From a virus (lineage: Duplodnaviria > Caudoviricetes): a stretch of DNA of 64,000 nt. Location: IMG/VR virus record IMGVR_UViG_3300027759_000043, one strand, 5' to 3'. Positions 56,090 to 64,000 of this stretch are shown here, in pieces. The notes under the pieces were generated by a model, which saw nothing but the letters and a program-made list of their open reading frames with translations, was not told where the DNA came from and did not search any database. Both the position numbers and the translations under genes were made by a program. Position 1 is the first letter of the stretch; every line of letters starts with the position of its first letter.

Positions 56090-56779
56090 ATGAATGATAC
56101 ACTTATATTTAATGATGAACAATATCGTTCAGCCGAACAAATCAACTCGGCCATGGGCCGTGTTTACGGACATATGAGTTTAGCAGTGATTGTGAGTATG
56201 CTGATCAGTTACTGGGTAGGAACCACACCTGAGTTACTACAGTTCTTTTTTACTGGCATAACAAAATGGATTGTAATCTTTGCACCGCTAGCGGCAATAT
56301 TTGGTGTGAGCATGGTACTGGGTAACAATCCAAGTAAATCTGTAGCACAGTTGTGTTTGCATGGTTTCGCGGCCCTGATGGGGCTGAGTTTTTCAATGAT
56401 CTTTGCTGTGTTTGCTATGGGATCGATTGTTAGTGCATTTATGGGTGCGGCAATCTTGTTTGGTGTAATGAGTGGCTATGGCTACTTTACCAAGCGCAGT
56501 TTAGACAGTGTTGGTAAGTTTATGTTTGTAGGATTGATCGCCATCTGTATTGCCAGTATTGTGAACATCTTTATTGGCAGCACCGTGATGCAGATGGTGA
56601 TCTCCGCATTGGCTATCATTATCTTCTTGGGCCTTACTGCCTATGACACACAACAGATCCGCGAAGAACTTAGTGTGGAGACTACCGATGCCGCAGAAGT
56701 ACGTGGTGCGTTGACACTCTATATGGACTTTATCAACTTGTTCTTGAACTTATTGCAATTGTTTGGCGATAGAAAATAA
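56090..56779 (+). CDS. yccA: Bax inhibitor-1/YccA family membrane protein
   Basis: Seven hydrophobic segments; AYDTQ; ALTLYMDFINLF; SD AAGGAG. Confidence 0.92.
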   Translation: MNDTLIFNDEQYRSAEQINSAMGRVYGHMSLAVIVSMLISYWVGTTPELLQFFFTGITKWIVIFAPLAAIFGVSMVLGNNPSKSVAQLCLHGFAALMGLSFSMIFAVFAMGSIVSAFMGAAILFGVMSGYGYFTKRSLDSVGKFMFVGLIAICIASIVNIFIGSTVMQMVISALAIIIFLGLTAYDTQQIREELSVETTDAAEVRGALTLYMDFINLFLNLLQLFGDRK

Positions 56780-56807
56780 ACATTACTGATTTTAGAACAA
56801 CAATAAG

Positions 56808-56837
56808 TTGACACCGCCACCTGATTCCTTGTATAAT
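56808..56837 (+). promoter_or_regulatory. sigma70-type promoter
   Basis: TTGACA-N18-TATAAT. Confidence 0.7.
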
Positions 56838-56842
56838 GTACG

Positions 56843-57030
56843 TGTGCATGAGCAAGGAGATGGTGGCGATCTAATGGCATGAGCGGGGTGATTGAACGCC
56901 CGGGCCCGACATAGCCGTGGCAGGTAGATATAATGCCCACGAGGTTGAGACACTGACCAAGACTCAGAAATGAGTCAAAACCGACTGATACTCGGTGTAT
57001 GCTCAAGTTGGAATTATCAGTGAAAGGAAG
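56843..57030 (+). ncRNA. Candidate structured leader/ncRNA carrying micro-ORFs
   Basis: ~190 nt between the promoter and the next gene; stems GACTCA-GAAA-TGAGTC, ACCGA/TCGGT, CGTGG/CCACG. Confidence 0.4.
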
Positions 57031-57035
57031 TTTAA

Positions 57036-57353
57036 ATGTCTGTTAAAATAGAAGCCCCTGACGCCATGCTTCCGTCCCTTGACTCTCTTAAAACAACGGC
57101 TTTGCCCATGCACAAATTATATTTCGAATTGTCAAGTGTGGACACATGGTATGCTATCATGCGAGAAGCACGGGCACAGTTTGGCAAAAACTGGCGTAGT
57201 CAAAGTCATGTTAGACGCAGACTAGAACATGCCAGCCTATGGACCATAGGTGGTTGTTCAGAACGTGTGTGGTTTGAAGTACCAGATCCCAAGTTTGGTA
57301 CCTGGATAGCAATTAAACATGCTGTTAGACAGGTCGAACCATCCGGTAAATAA
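57036..57353 (+). CDS. Hypothetical protein
   Basis: SD AAGGA; 105 aa. Confidence 0.7.
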   Translation: MSVKIEAPDAMLPSLDSLKTTALPMHKLYFELSSVDTWYAIMREARAQFGKNWRSQSHVRRRLEHASLWTIGGCSERVWFEVPDPKFGTWIAIKHAVRQVEPSGK

Positions 57354-57359
57354 TACTCT

Positions 57360-58931
57360 ATGATATTTGGTTTCAGCATCCTGGCCACAGCAATCTTACT
57401 CAGTTGTGTGGCCGCTTATTACTCTGTGGCAGGTCTTACCGCCATCTTCTCCGCGGCAACCATCCCTGTGATCATCATGGGTGGCAGCCTCGAACTTGGC
57501 AAGATTGTGGCCACTGTTTGGTTGCACAACAATTGGCGACGTGCTGGATTCCTGTTCAAAGCATATCTAGTGCCTGCGGTGGCATTCCTAATGTTACTGA
57601 CATCAATGGGAATTTTTGGCTATCTCTCCAAGGCCCATTCAGATCAAAGTCTAGTTTCAGGCGATGCAGTAGCAAAAGTAGCAATCTATGATGAAAAGAT
57701 CAAAATATCTCGTGACAATATTGAAGCCGACCGCAAGGCACTTAAACAGATGGATGAGGCTGTGGACCAAGTTATGGGCCGATCAGCAGATGAAAAAGGT
57801 GCCGACAAAGCAGTTGCAATACGAAGAGGCCAGCAACGAGAACGGGCTAGGATACTTGCTGACATCGAAACCGAACAGAAAAAGATTACTAATCTTAATG
57901 AAGAGCGGGCACCACTAGCGGCCGAGTTCCGCAAGGTTGAAAGCGAAGTTGGGCCTATCAAATACATTGCCGCACTTGTATATGGAGACAATCCTGACTC
58001 TAATGTGCTAGAGCGAGCAGTACGTTTAGTAATCATTATGATTGTGTTGGTATTTGACCCACTGGCCTTGACTTTGATCCTGGCAGCCAACAAACAATTT
58101 CAATGGGCCAGAGAAGGCACCGGAGGCTTTGTGCATGACGAGCCCCGGTACGAGCCTGATAATGGTCCGCTAACTGAAAATCAAATTGAACAACTAAAAG
58201 AATCAGTGCCAGAGCCGCCTGATGATCCTATACCTTGTTACAAGTGTGGTACCTCGTTAGTTGACGCTCCGGGTATTGGACTGTTCTGCCCCAACAAAGA
58301 ATGTGACGTTATAGATAATGTCAAAGGTGAGGAACCTGTTGAATTTGAATCAATTGAAATTGAATACAAGTTTTTAGACGAACATCATGAACCTGATCTC
58401 CATGTATACGATGATGAACGCTTGGTATCAAAATTTGACAAGATGCAAAATTTAGAACGACCAGGAGACTACATAACACCACCTGACGAGACTGATGCAG
58501 AAAAAGAAGCCAAGCGGCTGTGGAAAGCCGAACACCCTGATGGAACTGTAAAAGAACAAAGAAGATTGCACGAAGTAGGCGCCATAGACACATTACCGTG
58601 GCAGGGCTATATCAATCTTCAAGCAGACAATGATGGTAGTATTTCAAGTACCGGTCGATTGCTGGGCTTTGGTATCAAGTTCCCAGAGAATCCAGCCAAA
58701 GGTGATTCATTTATTAGGGTAGATCAAATGCCCAGTGCCCTGTACAAATACAATGGCACCAAGTGGATTGAGGTTGACAAAGGGCTCAGTGACCAGTATG
58801 CTTATGACACGGCCTATATTGATCATTTGATTGAAAAACTCACTACCGGTGAGTATGATCCTGAATTATTAAACGAAGCAGAAAGAGAACAAGTGGCACA
58901 ACGCTTACAAACCAACACAAAAGGTGCATGA
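57360..58931 (+). CDS. Membrane-anchored coiled-coil protein with a Zn ribbon and acidic C-terminal region
   Basis: N-terminal TMs, long heptads, further TM, CYKC...CPNKEC. Confidence 0.75.
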   Translation: MIFGFSILATAILLSCVAAYYSVAGLTAIFSAATIPVIIMGGSLELGKIVATVWLHNNWRRAGFLFKAYLVPAVAFLMLLTSMGIFGYLSKAHSDQSLVSGDAVAKVAIYDEKIKISRDNIEADRKALKQMDEAVDQVMGRSADEKGADKAVAIRRGQQRERARILADIETEQKKITNLNEERAPLAAEFRKVESEVGPIKYIAALVYGDNPDSNVLERAVRLVIIMIVLVFDPLALTLILAANKQFQWAREGTGGFVHDEPRYEPDNGPLTENQIEQLKESVPEPPDDPIPCYKCGTSLVDAPGIGLFCPNKECDVIDNVKGEEPVEFESIEIEYKFLDEHHEPDLHVYDDERLVSKFDKMQNLERPGDYITPPDETDAEKEAKRLWKAEHPDGTVKEQRRLHEVGAIDTLPWQGYINLQADNDGSISSTGRLLGFGIKFPENPAKGDSFIRVDQMPSALYKYNGTKWIEVDKGLSDQYAYDTAYIDHLIEKLTTGEYDPELLNEAEREQVAQRLQTNTKGA

Positions 58932-60139
58932 TGGCATCAGATTTACACAACACCTGCAGTTTCTGCGGCAAGCACAAAGACTCGGTAAAAAAACTCATAG
59001 TAGGCGAAAAAGTAGGCATTTGTAATGAGTGCGTGGATTTTTGTCAAGGCTTGTTAATTGACGAAACCCCTCAAGACAGCACAACTGCTCCAGTAACCCC
59101 TAGAAAACTAGATCCTGTTGTACTCAAAGAATATTTAGATCAGTACGTGATTGGACAAGACTCGGCCAAGATCATGTTGAGTGTGGCCATTGTGAATCAC
59201 TACAAACGTATCAACAAGACCACAAACGAACCTGAACTAGAAAAAGCCAATGTGCTTATGTTGGGGCCTACAGGTTCGGGCAAGACCTTGTTGGCCAAGA
59301 GTGTGGCACGTTATCTTGATGTACCATTTGCTATTGCTGATGCCACTAGTATTACAGAAGCAGGCTATGTGGGCGATGATGTGGAAAGTCTTATCACAAG
59401 ATTGTATACTGCGGCTGATGGTGACATAAACAGAACACAACGTGGCATTATTTTTGTGGACGAGATTGACAAAATTGCTCGCAAAGGTGAGAGTGCCAGT
59501 ATCACTAGAGATGTGTCAGGTGAAGGAGTACAACAGGCCTTGCTCAAGATGGTAGAAGGTACTGTGTGTCGTATACCAGCAGGTGGCGGCCGGAAACACC
59601 CATCAGGGGACATGATTGAAATCAACACACGCAACATCTTGTTTATTGCAGGTGGTGCATTTGTGGGCCTGGATTCAATTGTTAAAAATCGTGTGCAAGG
59701 TACCAGTATCGGCTTTGGTGCCAAGGTAGAAAGCGATGCAGACACTAACCTTGCACTTACCACACCTGACGACTTGGTCAAGTATGGAATGATTCCAGAA
59801 TTTGTGGGACGTTTTCCTAACTGGGTTGGTCTACAAGAACTTTCTAAATCAGATCTAGTACACATTCTTACTGGTGTAAAAAACAACTTTGTTGATCAAT
59901 ATAAATGGTTGTTTGCTGAAGATGGTGTAGAGTTACAGTTTACAGACCCAGCATTGGATACTATTGCTGAACGAACTCTACTTAGCAAAACAGGTGCTCG
60001 AGGACTGCACAGCGAACTAGAACGTGTGCTGATGCCACACATGTACAACCTCAAACGCTACCCTGGCATGGGAATAAAGTGCGTGGAAATTGGCCCTGCT
60101 TTGGTAAATATTCCTATAGCACTAGAGGGCACAAATTGA
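58928..60139 (+). CDS. clpX: ClpX AAA+ unfoldase
   Basis: CSFCGK...CNEC Zn domain, [20 protein letters not shown] loop, GARGL. Confidence 0.97.
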   Translation: MMASDLHNTCSFCGKHKDSVKKLIVGEKVGICNECVDFCQGLLIDETPQDSTTAPVTPRKLDPVVLKEYLDQYVIGQDSAKIMLSVAIVNHYKRINKTTNEPELEKANVLMLGPTGSGKTLLAKSVARYLDVPFAIADATSITEAGYVGDDVESLITRLYTAADGDINRTQRGIIFVDEIDKIARKGESASITRDVSGEGVQQALLKMVEGTVCRIPAGGGRKHPSGDMIEINTRNILFIAGGAFVGLDSIVKNRVQGTSIGFGAKVESDADTNLALTTPDDLVKYGMIPEFVGRFPNWVGLQELSKSDLVHILTGVKNNFVDQYKWLFAEDGVELQFTDPALDTIAERTLLSKTGARGLHSELERVLMPHMYNLKRYPGMGIKCVEIGPALVNIPIALEGTN

Positions 60140-60357
60140 AATTACACGGAAGATCAGTATTGGTAACAGATGGCAACGTTGAGCGAGCACTGCGCAAATT
60201 CAAAAAGAAAATTGCAGAATCTAATCTTTTAAATGATCTCCGTGACCGTGAATTTTACGAAAAACCCACTACTGAACGCAAACGCAAAAAGTCTGCAGCC
60301 AAGAATCGTTGGCGCAAGAAACTAGCGGCGCAACAACTGCCCCAAAAACTCTACTGA
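60136..60357 (+). CDS. rpsU: Ribosomal protein bS21
   Basis: [11 protein letters not shown]...[15 protein letters not shown]; TTG start with SD GAGG and TAAATA upstream. Confidence 0.92.
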   Translation: MKLHGRSVLVTDGNVERALRKFKKKIAESNLLNDLRDREFYEKPTTERKRKKSAAKNRWRKKLAAQQLPQKLY

Positions 60358-60599
60358 TGTTTATCGAATTCCAATTGCTGGATCAACCAGGAATGGCATT
60401 ACATCTGATAGAACAAGAACTAGACCAATGGGGCGAACGTTATAATATTCCCTACACCAGCAAAACAGTCAAGTACACACATCGAGTGTGTTTTGAAGAA
60501 GACAAACTGTATGATTTTTTTGTAATGAGTTGGAATCCTCGAGGAATTGATTACCTAAATCGGTACGTGGTTGTATCTGACCGAAATAATAGACAATAA
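60357..60599 (+). CDS. Small hypothetical protein
   Basis: TGATG-coupled to rpsU. Confidence 0.6.
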   Translation: MFIEFQLLDQPGMALHLIEQELDQWGERYNIPYTSKTVKYTHRVCFEEDKLYDFFVMSWNPRGIDYLNRYVVVSDRNNRQ

Positions 60600-60678
60600 A
60601 TAAGATTTCGTGTATAAATACACATGTAGTGCCGATGGTCGGGCTACAAGTCATAACTTGCTTAATAGGAGAAAAAAC

Positions 60679-61110
60679 ATGACAAAAATCACATCTTTAG
60701 ATCTCACCCCCTTCTACCGTAACACAATTGGCATGGACCGCCTGTTTGACAGGATTGTCAGTCAATTTGATCATGCTACGCAGACCAACTATCCACCCTA
60801 TGACATTGTCAAAACAGCCGAAGATAGTTACGAAATTCGTGTGGCAGTGGCCGGCTTTGGCCAAGGTGAAGTTGACGTGACTTTCCATGAAGGTCAGTTG
60901 GTTATCACAGGCGAAAAGCACACGGAAGAAAACGTGAATTATCTACATCACGGCATCAGTGCTCGTAAATTTACACGCAGTTTCCAACTGGCGGAGTATG
61001 TGGAAGTGAAGTCAGCAATTGCCCAGGATGGCATTCTCACAGTATGCTTGGAGCGTACTGTGCCAGAAACAGCCAAGCCAAAGACTATTGCTATCACCTA
61101 CACTTCCTAA
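60679..61110 (+). CDS. ibpA: Small heat-shock protein (HSP20/IbpA-like)
   Basis: IGMDRLFD, YPPYDI, AVAGF, HGISARKFTRSFQL, DGIL. Confidence 0.95.
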   Translation: MTKITSLDLTPFYRNTIGMDRLFDRIVSQFDHATQTNYPPYDIVKTAEDSYEIRVAVAGFGQGEVDVTFHEGQLVITGEKHTEENVNYLHHGISARKFTRSFQLAEYVEVKSAIAQDGILTVCLERTVPETAKPKTIAITYTS

Positions 61111-61169
61111 TATAATAGTGTAAATACAGTAGCGGGATGGTCCCGCTACTGAACAAACAAGGACTCGAA

Positions 61170-61478
61170 ATGTCGCAAGCAGAAACTATTGTAGCAACAA
61201 GAACAAAAACCGCCGTCAAAGAACCAAGTCTGTATCGGGTAATTTACCTCAACGACAACACAACCACAATGGAATTTGTTGTGGAAACCTTGATAGAATT
61301 CTTTGGCTATACAGAAGAAACAGCCGCACAAATTACTGTGGACATACATGACGCAGGATCAGCCACAGTGGCAGTATTGCCATTTGAAATTGCCGAACAA
61401 AAGGGCGGTGAAGTCACGCTGAGTGCTAGAGCACAGAATTTCCCACTACAGGTCAGAATTGAACCTGATGTGACCTAA
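61170..61478 (+). CDS. clpS: ClpS N-degron adaptor
   Basis: YRVIYLNDNTTTMEFV, IHDAG, FPL. Confidence 0.9.
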   Translation: MSQAETIVATRTKTAVKEPSLYRVIYLNDNTTTMEFVVETLIEFFGYTEETAAQITVDIHDAGSATVAVLPFEIAEQKGGEVTLSARAQNFPLQVRIEPDVT

Positions 61479-62282
61479 TCACCAATTAATTTCAATACGT
61501 TTGGGATAATACACATGAGTGCGATGCAGAGTATCGCCTCGTCCACGACAGTTGTTGACATAACGTATGCCATTTAGAATTCTGTCAACTGTGCCGTGAT
61601 AATGGCCGAAACACCAGGTGTGTATTTTGTGTTCAGTATCATTGGTGTGTACTAGATGCATGAGTCTGTTGCCCATGACATTGAAATGATATTGCCCGTC
61701 TAGATCAATATCGTGTTTGATAAGTTCTGCTTCGGGCACAGTATGAGTAACAATTACAATTTTCTTTACATCTTGATGAGTTTGTAATCGTTGTACACTA
61801 CTCACTAGATATGCCGCATCTGTTCTACTGGCATCCAGAATCATTTGCGTATCCACTACAACTTCTGGATGTCGTTCTTCGTAACGATCCTTCATCCATT
61901 GCTTGGAGCCTTCTGTATCTAAATTTTCGTCTAGATCAAAACCCCACCATCCATTGGTGCCCAAGATAGCCACACCATCAATCACAACAACATTGTCCTG
62001 TAAATAGGTCACACGTGGGATTCTGCGTATGGCCTGATTTAATTTTGAGTAACTGGCACCCAGATCACCCAGTTGAAAACGATGTTCGTCATTGCCATCT
62101 ATGTAAAACACAGCGGCATAGCATTCTGATAGATGCTTTAGAAACTTTTTGACCATGTTATGATCTCTAGAGACGTCGCCTGCTACTACACATACTGGGC
62201 TCGTGGCTTGCCCACTAAAGTTCAGCGGCTCATCCCAGGTTTCTAAATGCAAGTCAGAAATTAAATCAAATGTCATTGTCAT
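61479..62282 (-). CDS. Calcineurin-like metallophosphoesterase
   Basis: SDLHLE, AGD, GNDEH, THT, GHYH. Confidence 0.9.
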   Translation of the reverse strand: MTMTFDLISDLHLETWDEPLNFSGQATSPVCVVAGDVSRDHNMVKKFLKHLSECYAAVFYIDGNDEHRFQLGDLGASYSKLNQAIRRIPRVTYLQDNVVVIDGVAILGTNGWWGFDLDENLDTEGSKQWMKDRYEERHPEVVVDTQMILDASRTDAAYLVSSVQRLQTHQDVKKIVIVTHTVPEAELIKHDIDLDGQYHFNVMGNRLMHLVHTNDTEHKIHTWCFGHYHGTVDRILNGIRYVNNCRGRGDTLHRTHVYYPKRIEINW

Positions 62283-62306
62283 GATACATATTTAAAAGGA
62301 AACGCA

Positions 62307-62675
62307 ATGAACATAATATTTGGAACAGAAATGGCCAAGCAAGCACAGGAACGCTATACGGTACTTGAACTAGACACATTTAACTTGTTGCCCACAGATG
62401 AAATAGTCACCGCCTATTGCATTGTTGAAACTATACCCTTTGAAGAAATGGCTGCTGTAGAGAGTCTCAAAGATCTTCACATAAATCTCATGGCAGAATA
62501 CAGAAAACGCAACTGGAAATATTGCGAAGATGCTATTGCACACCTAACTGGAAAATGGCATGGAGAGTTAAACAGTTTCTATACCGAACTATATCAACGA
62601 ATTTCCAAACTCAAACAAGAGGATCTTCCCCAGGAGTGGACGGGTCGACTTGACAAGACTGTCGAAGTTGTCTAA
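62307..62675 (+). CDS. Protein resembling the C-terminal tail of class III adenylate/guanylate cyclases
   Basis: ELDTF...EYRKRNW...FYTEL..RI..L....P.EWTG; no catalytic cyclase core. Confidence 0.45.
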   Translation: MNIIFGTEMAKQAQERYTVLELDTFNLLPTDEIVTAYCIVETIPFEEMAAVESLKDLHINLMAEYRKRNWKYCEDAIAHLTGKWHGELNSFYTELYQRISKLKQEDLPQEWTGRLDKTVEVV

Positions 62676-63999
62676 GACGCCTAGTGGATATTCTACGAGA
62701 AACTATGCCCATATCTAGCATGTTGTGTTCTCTGAGTATTGTTAACCATCCAAAATAATATTTGCCTCGTGACTTTGCCACTTGTTGCATGGCTGATTTT
62801 AGATTGTCTTTTAATTCATTTTCAATTTGATAGGAGAAATCGGCACTGAAAAAATGTTTTTTATTAAATTGTGCAATAGATTGAATTTTTTGGAAAAATT
62901 CTTTACGATCTTGTCCTTGAAGATTTTGTATTTGTTTCATTGACTCAATGATTTTTTCCATTCTAGTGAGACTGTCAGATTCGTGATCATACGATTCATC
63001 TATCCATGGACTAAATGTTTGGAAGCCATAACTCTTTAAGTACTGCAATGCGCCAGGTCCTGCTGCCAATATAAATGGATGTCCACAAGCAATGGGTTTT
63101 AATATTTTTTCTGTCAAATGTATTCTACTGTCATCGAACACTGTTTCTAAAACTACACTGATCTGTGTTGAAACAAAATCGTTATAACTGTAATCTGCGC
63201 TTGCTGTACTAGAAAAATTGTTGTTGGGTATCTGGCCTAAGAGTTGTGGATTATTGAGTTTAAATTTTGGATTTACAAATTCATAGTTTGCAAAATGCAC
63301 ATTGTCGGTGTTGGTGTGCATTACACTTGTTTGGCATATGTGATCAAGATTGTTCTCTATCAGTAATTCTAAAAACTTCAATCTATATTCTCTACGATGA
63401 CTCCAGTCTCTACAGTAGATTAAAAATATGTTTTCGGGTAGATCATGATGTACAGTGAGCCTGGAGTCATGTTCTGCAAATCTAAACCAATCTCTAGCAA
63501 TAACTGCATGTGCCCAATAATGAACACAAATAAATTCATTACTTTCATATTTTAATAAATCCTGAGAGTTTTTTTCTGAATGTATCAAAATAGTTTTATC
63601 ATAGATCAGGGCATTTTTACGAAGAACCTCAGATCTCAAATTGAATTTAGAACAATATTTAAATCTTAAATCAAAAAACTCTGGAGAAAAAACAATCCAA
63701 TCCGAGTCATTGGTACTGATTTCTTTTTCAAAGTCTGCTTGGGATTCAAATTTTTCTTTCCAACGCGACTGTCGAGTTAGTGTACTCCAAAATTGTTGCC
63801 ATTGTTTGGAATCGTTGTAAAGATCCCAGTCCAGTGGTTCCTGATCATGCATGATTACAGCAGGCATTTGCCATTTTTCTCTAAGATTATAATCTTTTAA
63901 CCAACGTAAATTGGAAATATTTTTACTACCATGTGGATGGAATACATATACACATGCTGGTGCAGGCAACAACCCGTCTACCCAGTTATAAAGATTATC
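62611..63999 (-). CDS. GT10-like C-terminal domain protein (5' end beyond the window)
   Basis: ISVVLET...LTEKILKPI..GHPFI..AGPG....LKSYGF; frame stays open to the window edge. Confidence 0.55.
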   Translation of the reverse strand, partial: DNLYNWVDGLLPAPACVYVFHPHGSKNISNLRWLKDYNLREKWQMPAVIMHDQEPLDWDLYNDSKQWQQFWSTLTRQSRWKEKFESQADFEKEISTNDSDWIVFSPEFFDLRFKYCSKFNLRSEVLRKNALIYDKTILIHSEKNSQDLLKYESNEFICVHYWAHAVIARDWFRFAEHDSRLTVHHDLPENIFLIYCRDWSHRREYRLKFLELLIENNLDHICQTSVMHTNTDNVHFANYEFVNPKFKLNNPQLLGQIPNNNFSSTASADYSYNDFVSTQISVVLETVFDDSRIHLTEKILKPIACGHPFILAAGPGALQYLKSYGFQTFSPWIDESYDHESDSLTRMEKIIESMKQIQNLQGQDRKEFFQKIQSIAQFNKKHFFSADFSYQIENELKDNLKSAMQQVAKSRGKYYFGWLTILREHNMLDMGIVSRRISTRRLRQLRQSCQVDPSTPGEDPLV

Positions 64000-64000
64000 T

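Noticed and set aside
56843-57030. tmRNA, 6S RNA or hammerhead ribozyme as the identity of the structured leader
   Set aside because: GGGGTGATT resembles a tmRNA 5' end but there is no T-arm/CCA end; no long 6S-type rod; CTGACCAA-stem-AAAA does not fit the CUGAnGA/GAAA core.
7762-62282. Upstream-extended starts in the ORF track (7762, 13262, 16309, 19797, 22467, 38401, 39992, 47587, 51370, 51976, 56057, 60079, 60610, 61137)
   Set aside because: They run through promoters or upstream genes; downstream starts have SD, coupling or promoter support and were used instead.
169-63458. Numerous short antisense or out-of-frame ORFs in the track (e.g. 683..928, 5750..6085, 42339..42647, 42932..43516, 59365..59886)
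   Set aside because: They lie fully within well-supported genes, lack SD/promoter signals and have no recognisable motifs; treated as shadows.
1-64000. CRISPR array, tRNA or rRNA genes
   Set aside because: No regularly spaced direct repeats with unique spacers and no cloverleaf with a GTTCRA T-loop were found by eye; a tRNAscan/CRISPR scan would be the formal check.
1-64000. Stop-codon reassignment (alternative genetic code)
   Set aside because: Known genes (nrdA/B, clpX, uvsX, ligase) are full length in the standard code, and TAA, TGA and TAG all end genes at sensible operon junctions.

Overview
The window is a 64-kb slice of a large lytic tailed dsDNA phage of the distant T4-like/jumbo myovirus type. 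It is not host chromosome. The host is probably a Gram-negative proteobacterium, inferred from the IscU/IscA, ClpX, class Ia NrdAB, bS21 and outer-membrane porin genes. Contents: (i) a replication/recombination core (gp32 SSB, UvsX, UvsY, UvsW, clamp-loader-like subunit, primase, DnaB-type helicase, exonuclease, ATP-dependent ligase, NrdA/NrdB/glutaredoxin) plus a 186-aa miniature DnaE-like polymerase core; (ii) an ~11-kb glycan synthesis/modification locus (Gmd, glycosyltransferases, methyltransferases, three KpsS/KpsC-like paralogs), and AT-rich modification genes (four SPASM-first radical SAM enzymes, sulfotransferase-, SGNH- and GT10-like genes) plugged into junctions of core operons; (iii) virion genes, including proteins with M-x-[I/L]-x-E N-termini, one of which fuses a Pol-beta nucleotidyltransferase to an RNA-ligase-like domain, and a PAAR spike with a hydrophobic insert; (iv) early sigma70-type promoter cassettes; (v) a host-takeover/proteostasis block (YccA, ClpX, bS21, sHSP, ClpS). 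Non-coding signals read from the sequence: many promoters sit 4-7 nt before a start codon with no Shine-Dalgarno (leaderless mRNAs), a 190-nt structured leader holds a relay of five micro-ORFs, GTAnTAC palindromes lie upstream of early promoters, and the sHSP and ClpS leaders share a hairpin. No tRNA, rRNA, CRISPR array or integrase/transposase was recognised. Product calls rest on motif recognition by eye, not on database searches.
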